Part shown: positions 57,265 through 64,000 of the stretch, one piece after another | Numbering within the stretch: position 1 is the first letter of the stretch | Layout of the letters: the number at the start of each line of letters is the position of its first letter | Assembly (NCBI GenBank): GCA_017429165.1 | Contig: JAFRPL010000014.1 | Location: forward strand, 2,113-66,112 | Direction of reading: 5' to 3' | From: Clostridia bacterium | Lineage (GTDB): Bacteria; Bacillota; Clostridia; Oscillospirales; CAG-382 | DNA: 64,000 bases | Notes under the pieces: generated by a model | The model's database searches: none | Told to the model about the DNA's origin: nothing | The model's input: the letters and a program-made list of their open reading frames with translations, nothing else | Position numbers and translations under genes: made by a program

Positions 57265-57296
57265 CAAGGCAGAACGCAGTAAAGCGAGGGAATTTT

Positions 57297-57348
57297 GTCT
57301 GAAAACGAGCGTCGCCGTACGACTGTACGGCAGTCGAAGTTTTCAGAC
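57297..57348. repeat. 52-nt two-tier stem-loop
   Basis: GTCTGAAAAC (57297-306) pairs with GTTTTCAGAC (57339-48). Inner GCCGTAC-gact-GTACGGC (57314-31). Confidence 0.8.
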
Positions 57349-57375
57349 AAGCACCTTCTTTACGCAAAACGGGTA

Positions 57376-57417
57376 AGCAAAAAAGAAAGCTATGCCTTTT
57401 TTAATTGGCATAGCTTT
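57376..57417 (-). terminator. Intrinsic terminator of groES-groEL
   Basis: The minus strand reads AAAGCTATGCC-aattaaaaaa-GGCATAGCTTT followed by CTTTTTTG. Confidence 0.8.
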
Positions 57418-57474
57418 GTAAAAACCTTTTTTAAATCGGTGCGTAAATTCACCGCTTTAATGCGTTCTGCGGCA

Positions 57475-59425
<1,951 letters not shown>

Positions 59426-59500
59426 TTAAAAAGCTGTTTATTTTGCATATAATATAATAATCACAAATTACGTAAATTCAATGTCGAAATTGTTACATTT

Positions 59501-60625
59501 TTATGTTTTTTGCTTGTAGAACTGGTAAAAGCCGCATTTGATCGTTCCGTTATAAAGCGTGCGCACTTTGTCGGCGCGTCTCCCGAAATGACGTTCGAAA
59601 AGCGGGTCCGGCGATATGAAATACAACTGCCACATAGGCGCGGAACGCGCTATGGCTTTGCCCGCCGCGGCTATAAGTTCCGCCGCACTCTCTTTATCCA
59701 TCATGCGTTCGCCGTAAGGCGGGTTGCAGACGATGGTGCCGCGCGCGCCTTCCACGGGCGGGATGAACGAACGCACGTCGGCGTATGAAAACTCCACCCA
59801 TTTTTCCACTCCCGCGCGGCGCGCGTTTTCGCGCGCGATCGCGAGCGATTCTTTATCTATATCCGAACCGAAGATACGCATACCGGGTTCGGTCACCTTC
59901 GCGCGCGCCTCCTCGCGGGCGAGCTCAAAGGCGCTTTCGGGGATCAACCCGTACCGTTCCGAAGCGAACGCGCGACCGATACCGGGCGCGGTATTCGAAG
60001 CGAGCAGCGCTGCCTCTATGGCTATGGTCCCCGAACCGCACATGGGATCGACGGTGAGCACATTTGCGCGCGGGCGGGAAAAGTTCACCATTGCCGCCGC
60101 GAGCGTTTCGCGTATGGGCGCCAGGTTCGCCGCCGGGCGATAGCCGCGTTTGTGCAATCCTTCGCCGGTGGTGTCTATCATAAGATGGGCCGTGTCGTTC
60201 ATCAAAAAGAACACTATCTGTTTTTTGGCCCCGGTCTCGGGCAGGCGTTCCATACCGTAGACCGAACCGAGCCGGCGGCACACGGCTTTTTTGATTATCG
60301 CCTGGCAGTCCGGCACCGAAAACAGGCGCGATCTTAACGAATGCCCTTTTACGGGGAACGCGTCTTCGCGCCCTATATAATCCTCCCACGGCAGCGCGCG
60401 CGTGTTTTCGAACAATCCGTCGAACGTTTCCGCGGAAAACGCGCCGAGTTTTATGAACACACGTTCGCTGTAACGGAAATTGACGTTGCAGCGCGCCATG
60501 GCGTCGGCGGGCGCTTCGAATTCTACCCTGCCGTCGGTCGTCTCTATTCGTTTGTATCCGAGCGCGTCGATATCCTCGCCCGCGAGCCGCTCGAGCCCGA
60601 AAAGGCAGGTGGTGACGAAACGCAT
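59501..60625 (-). CDS. THUMP-domain class I SAM-dependent RNA methyltransferase (RlmL N-terminal/YpsC-like)
   Basis: DPMCGSGTIAIEAAL SAM motif and NPPYGERM catalytic motif. 374 aa. Confidence 0.85.
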   Translation of the reverse strand: MRFVTTCLFGLERLAGEDIDALGYKRIETTDGRVEFEAPADAMARCNVNFRYSERVFIKLGAFSAETFDGLFENTRALPWEDYIGREDAFPVKGHSLRSRLFSVPDCQAIIKKAVCRRLGSVYGMERLPETGAKKQIVFFLMNDTAHLMIDTTGEGLHKRGYRPAANLAPIRETLAAAMVNFSRPRANVLTVDPMCGSGTIAIEAALLASNTAPGIGRAFASERYGLIPESAFELAREEARAKVTEPGMRIFGSDIDKESLAIARENARRAGVEKWVEFSYADVRSFIPPVEGARGTIVCNPPYGERMMDKESAAELIAAAGKAIARSAPMWQLYFISPDPLFERHFGRRADKVRTLYNGTIKCGFYQFYKQKT

Positions 60626-60643
60626 GCTTTTTTCCTTTCATTC

Positions 60644-60672
60644 AAAAAGCCCGCTGTGCGGGCTTTTTGCTC
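60644..60672 (-). terminator. Intrinsic terminator after hpf
   Basis: AAAAAGCCCGC-tgt-GCGGGCTTTTT, palindromic with T-runs on both strands. Confidence 0.75.
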
Positions 60673-60688
60673 CGAATCGATTATATTC

Positions 60689-61213
60689 TCAGTCTGCCGA
60701 CACTATTACGCCGTAGTCGTCGCCGTTCTTTCTCTTATATACAAGATTGACCGCGCCTGTCTCGGCGTTTTTGAACAGATAGAACTCGTGCGAAAGCAGG
60801 TTCATCTGCAGAATGGCTTCTTCCACGGTCATGGAATCGAGAACGAACTTTTTGACTTTGGAGATCTTGAATTCTTTGTTTTCTTCGTAAAGAGTGTCTT
60901 CTTCGCTCGTTACGGGCTGGATCTGTTTTCTCTTTTCCAACCGGGTACGGTTCTTGCGGATCTGGCGCTCAAGGACGTCCATCGCTTTGTCGAGAGCGCA
61001 TGCGGCGTCGGTATCGGTCTCTTCTGCTCTGAAAATCGTGCCTTTGCCGTGTACGGTGATCTCCACGCGTTCGCCGATCTTTTCTTTATACAAAGACACT
61101 ATTGCTTCGGCGTCCTTGTAAAAGAATTTGTCGAGCTTTGCAAGCTTTTTTTCGAATCTCTGTTTGACGTCGTCGGTGAGTCTGTACTTGCGCGCGTTGA
61201 ATTTGATCTTCAT
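60689..61213 (-). CDS. hpf: Ribosome hibernation-promoting factor (long HPF)
   Basis: MKIKFNARKYRLTDDVKQRFEKKLAKLDKFF... (S30AE N-domain) plus a C-terminal dimerisation domain (MTVEEAILQMNLLSHEFYLFKN). ATG 61213 follows AAGGAGGA. Confidence 0.9.
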   Translation of the reverse strand: MKIKFNARKYRLTDDVKQRFEKKLAKLDKFFYKDAEAIVSLYKEKIGERVEITVHGKGTIFRAEETDTDAACALDKAMDVLERQIRKNRTRLEKRKQIQPVTSEEDTLYEENKEFKISKVKKFVLDSMTVEEAILQMNLLSHEFYLFKNAETGAVNLVYKRKNGDDYGVIVSAD

Positions 61214-61337
61214 TTCGGATTCCTCCTTTTTTATATGTAAAAGGAAAACGCTTATCGGTCTTCCCACTGTGTATATTATATCATAAGCGCGCGCAATTGT
61301 CAATGAACTGCGCGTCGAATTTGTGTTTTGCAGCGAC

Positions 61338-61364
61338 AAATCGCGGCAAAAAAACGGCGGTTTA
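61338..61364 (-). terminator. Intrinsic terminator after the S1-domain gene
   Basis: The minus strand reads ACGGCGGC-ataaa-CCGCCGT followed by T7. Confidence 0.7.
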
Positions 61365-61380
61365 TGCCGCCGTGACGTTT

Positions 61381-61785
61381 TCAGTGTTTATTGCGCCTGC
61401 CGGATCTTGCGCGTTTGACGTCGCCGCCCTTTTTGAGGTCGCCGAGCTTATCTTCGGAAACGTTTTTGAAACGCGTGATCATACTTTCGAGCGAGTTGTC
61501 GGAGCTTTTGGGCGCCCTGAGGAAATTTTCGGGCGGGAGGGATGCCGCGCCGGCCGCCGTCTTTTGCGGCAGACGCTTGAGCGAAAGCGCGAGGCGCCCG
61601 TTTTCGTCGGACGAAACGACGGCGCATTCGATCTCCTGACCTTCGGTCAGAAAATCCTTTATATTCTTCACGTGGCTTTGCGATATCTCGGAAATATGGA
61701 TCATTCCGCTCGCTCCGCCTTCGACCGCGACGAACGCGCCGAAGCTCGTGATCTTTGTCACTTTGCCCTTAACGATTTTTTCCAA
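61381..61785 (-). CDS. yabR: S1 RNA-binding domain protein (YabR-like)
   Basis: GKVTKITSFGAFVAVEGGASGMIHISEIS S1 motif. I place the start at TTG 61785, 7 nt after GGGGAG (the track start is 61791). Confidence 0.8.
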   Translation of the reverse strand: MEKIVKGKVTKITSFGAFVAVEGGASGMIHISEISQSHVKNIKDFLTEGQEIECAVVSSDENGRLALSLKRLPQKTAAGAASLPPENFLRAPKSSDNSLESMITRFKNVSEDKLGDLKKGGDVKRARSGRRNKH

Positions 61786-61809
61786 AAACAAGCTCCCCGT
61801 ATAAGACGG

Positions 61810-62094
61810 CTAATTAGCCATATCGTTGTAGAAGATTATCTCTCCTTCTCGGCGGTAGCCCAACTCGTCGCGCGCGACGCGCTCTATGTATTCGTCGGTG
61901 ACAGGCGTGTCGAGCCGCACGTTGATCTCGTCGATGATATCCACTACTTCTTCGACCTGTGTCTCCAACGCTTTTTTGTTCTGTTTGAGCGTGTTGAGCT
62001 TCATTTGAATATTGATTACGGCAAAAACGAGCAAAATGAGAATGAACGCTATTGCCGCGCGCACTATGAAATTGGTGCCGGCTCTTCTTTGCAA
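61810..62094 (-). CDS. divIC: Septum formation initiator, FtsB/DivIC family
   Basis: 94 aa, one TM then a coiled coil. C-terminus ERVARDELGYRREGEIIF. TTG start behind AAAGGAGGT. TAG stop. Confidence 0.75.
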   Translation of the reverse strand: MQRRAGTNFIVRAAIAFILILLVFAVINIQMKLNTLKQNKKALETQVEEVVDIIDEINVRLDTPVTDEYIERVARDELGYRREGEIIFYNDMAN

Positions 62095-62118
62095 GTCTTT
62101 ACCTCCTTTGCAAACATA

Positions 62119-62556
62119 CTACATACCGAATCCGTTCCCCACGCCGCGCAGCTGGCGCATGCGCATCAGCCGGGAAGACGCCGCTCTGCGCGCCGAACGG
62201 TACGCGAGAGCGAACGCGGAAACGCATTTGTTTTTAAGCTTTACGAGCGCGGAATGCATTTTTTCGACGGCGCGGGCGCTCAAAGCGCCGAGCGTAAGGC
62301 GGTACGCCGCAAACGCGGAACACGCGGCAAGCAACGCGTAAAACCGTATGCGCCCGTTTGAATAATTGAAATACAAAACGCACATCGCAGCCGAAAACAG
62401 CAGGCAGAACGAAAGATCGTGAAAAAACAGCAGCACGCGGCCGTTTTTGGTGAACGCCCTGAAAAAGCGCAGCGCGTCGTACAGCACGCCGAACACGGCG
62501 CCGCATATCAAAGACGCCCAAAGCAGCTGCCACGAAAGCTGGACGTTAAATACCAT
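62119..62556 (-). CDS. yabQ: Spore cortex biosynthesis protein YabQ
   Basis: Small multi-TM protein directly after yabP (11-nt overlap), with GVLYDALRFFR as in YabQ. The start is ATG 62556. Confidence 0.7.
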   Translation of the reverse strand: MVFNVQLSWQLLWASLICGAVFGVLYDALRFFRAFTKNGRVLLFFHDLSFCLLFSAAMCVLYFNYSNGRIRFYALLAACSAFAAYRLTLGALSARAVEKMHSALVKLKNKCVSAFALAYRSARRAASSRLMRMRQLRGVGNGFGM

Positions 62557-62818
62557 GCCTGCCGAACAGGCGCGAAATGAACGTCTTCTGCACTGCGGGA
62601 CGCGAAAACACCGCGGAATCGATACGTCCGGTGACCGCCGATTCGCCAGTTTCGAGCGTGAGTCTGGTGACACAGAGACCGGCGCCGCCCACGTAAAGCA
62701 GGTCGTCGCCCGTTTCGAAAACCACTTCGGTTTCGGAAAACTCGCGCAGGCCGGTTATTCCGTTGACGCTCAAAAGCGAACGGTCTTCTATTTTAAGGAT
62801 CTGTTTGTTTTCGTTCAT
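62546..62818 (-). CDS. yabP: Sporulation protein YabP
   Basis: MNENKQILKIEDRSLLSVNGITGLREFSETEVVFETGDDLLYVGG is typical of YabP. ATG 62818 follows GAGGTGG. Confidence 0.85.
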   Translation of the reverse strand: MNENKQILKIEDRSLLSVNGITGLREFSETEVVFETGDDLLYVGGAGLCVTRLTLETGESAVTGRIDSAVFSRPAVQKTFISRLFGRHGI

Positions 62819-62872
62819 ATACGCGCCACCTCGCACAGTAAAAGGTATGCGCAAAAGGCGGCGGATATGATA

Positions 62873-63115
62873 CTATTCCACTATTTCGTACATCTCGGCG
62901 GCTTTTTCTTTGGACTGCGTTTCGAGTATCTGTTTTACCCTGAACGAGGCCTTGCGGCTGCCGTACGTCACGGTGATGATATCGCCCTCTTTGACGTTAT
63001 AAGAGGCCTTAGCGATGCGACCGTTTACCGTGATGTACTCACTTCCGCAGGCATCCGCCGCGACTGTGCGGCGCTTGATGATGCGCGAAACTTTTAAAAA
63101 CTTGTCTAATCGCAT
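62873..63115 (-). CDS. yabO: S4-domain RNA-binding protein (YabO/Hsp15-like)
   Basis: MRLDKFLKVSRIIKRRTVAADAC...ITVNG S4 motif. 80 aa. TAG stop. Confidence 0.85.
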   Translation of the reverse strand: MRLDKFLKVSRIIKRRTVAADACGSEYITVNGRIAKASYNVKEGDIITVTYGSRKASFRVKQILETQSKEKAAEMYEIVE

Positions 63116-63146
63116 AAAGGCCTCTCACATTATCCTGTTGGATGTC

Positions 63147-63422
63147 TTAGCCGTTGACAGCGTCCTTAAGTCCTTTGCCGGCAACGAACACGGGGGCTTT
63201 GGAAGCGGCGATCTTGATGGATTTGCCGTTCTTGGGGTTTCTGCCTACGCGGGCGTTTCTTTCTTTAACTTTGAAAGAACCGAAACCGGTGATCTGAACT
63301 TTGCCGCCTTCAGCAAGGTCTTTCTGAATAGCTTCGAAAACTGCGCTTACGGCAGCTTCTGCTTCTTTCTTTTTGAGATTGGCCTTTTCGGCAACGATGT
63401 CGACAAGATTGGTTTTGTTCAT
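63147..63422 (-). CDS. hup: DNA-binding protein HU
   Basis: [32 protein letters not shown]...[31 protein letters not shown]. The longer track ORF is not supported. Confidence 0.95.
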   Translation of the reverse strand: MNKTNLVDIVAEKANLKKKEAEAAVSAVFEAIQKDLAEGGKVQITGFGSFKVKERNARVGRNPKNGKSIKIAASKAPVFVAGKGLKDAVNG

Positions 63423-63547
63423 TATATGAACTCCTTTCGTATTTATTTTGCATATTCTTGTGCATAACAAGTATATCACTGTTTTTTGCGTTTGGCAAGA
63501 GGAAAATGACTTTTTTTTGCAAAAAATGGGGCTATTTAGCGGAAAAA

Positions 63548-64000
63548 TCACTGATTTTCGGTGATCCATCCCTTTTTAAGCATAAAATCGCATATTTTTT
63601 TGCCTTTCGGGAGCAAACGTATCTCTTCGGCGGCAACGCCTTTAAGCGCCAGAAGCGCCGCGATATATACGATAACGCCCACGATACCGCCGGCGCACAT
63701 CACCGCAAAAGCGCCGATACGCCTTTCGGCGTTGATGACGGCGGACGCGCCGTAGACAGTTCCCACGGCGGCGATACCGCACAGAAGCGCGGCGACAAGC
63801 GGCTTGGCGAACAAGCCGGTGAAAGAGCGCTCGATATATCCCAGCCGTTTAAGGAAGAACAGGTTGAGCAAAAGCGCGACCGCATAGCAGACGACCGAGG
63901 CGACGGGAGCGCCGTAGATGCCGACCGCGGGCACGCGGATAAGCACTATTTCCGTGACGGCAAGCGCCGCCACGCCCGTGAACACCGATACGGTGGTCAG
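63548..64000 (-). CDS. MOP-superfamily polysaccharide biosynthesis/flippase protein (YabM/SpoVB-like); C-terminal part, 5' end outside the window
   Basis: Hydrophobic C-terminal helices. Its position upstream of hup-yabO-yabP-yabQ-divIC-yabR mirrors the B. subtilis yabM locus. Confidence 0.6.
   Translation of the reverse strand: MTTVSVFTGVAALAVTEIVLIRVPAVGIYGAPVASVVCYAVALLLNLFFLKRLGYIERSFTGLFAKPLVAALLCGIAAVGTVYGASAVINAERRIGAFAVMCAGGIVGVIVYIAALLALKGVAAEEIRLLPKGKKICDFMLKKGWITENQ

Noticed and set aside
57311-57335. Group II intron domain V-like hairpin (GCCGTAC-GACT-GTACGGC)
   Set aside because: It is only a 7-bp single helix with a 4-nt non-GNRA loop. It lacks the two-helix, bulged 34-nt domain V architecture. 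No IEP/reverse transcriptase ORF and no 5' GUGYG boundary are nearby.
56900-57375. Known housekeeping ncRNA (tmRNA, RNase P RNA, SRP RNA, 6S RNA) in the structured intergenic block
   Set aside because: None of the recalled signature strings is present on either strand. These include GAGGAAAGTCCGGGC for RNase P, the SRP GGAAGCAGCC domain-IV motif, and the tmRNA tag ORF with its 3' tRNA-like CCA end. The architecture is several independent hairpins rather than one long 6S-type rod.

Overview
This 64-kb window is a gene-dense chromosomal segment, roughly 55-60% GC by eye. I call 58 protein-coding genes, most of them on the minus strand.

The content fits a spore-forming Clostridia-type Firmicute (inference from gene content only):
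- a yabM-like/hup/yabO/yabP/yabQ/divIC/yabR sporulation-division cluster
- a SigH-like sigma factor
- a glgC-glgD-glgA-glgP-GH13 glycogen operon
- ilvBN, argGH, rpsO-pnp, trmL-mnmE-mnmG-rsmG, secA, tex, groES-groEL, hpf, ruvX and tmk

I saw no rRNA, tRNA, CRISPR array, transposase, integrase or phage genes. Many adjacent genes overlap as ATGA or by 8 nt (translational coupling). TGA and TAA dominate as stop codons; TAG ends only 4 genes.

Accessory or unusual content, in window order:
- A secreted barnase/barstar pair sits behind a consensus promoter and an unexplained leader of about 230 nt.
- A 779-aa surface protein carries reiterated extracellular Cys/His motifs.
- Three small AT-rich islets each hold one small module: a lipoprotein gene, a MazG-like gene preceded by an iteron-like 19-21-bp repeat array, and an ECF sigma/anti-sigma pair bracketed by two identical 36-bp terminator hairpins.
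- One operon has two defects. Its ybaK homologue carries an in-frame TAG at a conserved position. Its FliB/YkgJ-type gene has a conserved N-terminus with no canonical start codon; ACG sits at the expected place.
- Two paralogous-looking polytopic membrane proteins are tightly coupled to secA.
- An orphan plus-strand terminator lies in a 366-nt unassigned gap.
- An ECF-type sigma factor is fused to a soluble extension of about 680 aa that contains an internal duplication.
- A stretch of about 480 nt upstream of the groEL terminator is packed with strong hairpins and direct repeats.

Nothing here can be called a new system from sequence alone. The sigma fusion with the structured-repeat block next to it, and the repeat-bracketed ECF cassette, are the best candidates for follow-up.

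All homology calls are by-eye motif recognition. No searches were run.
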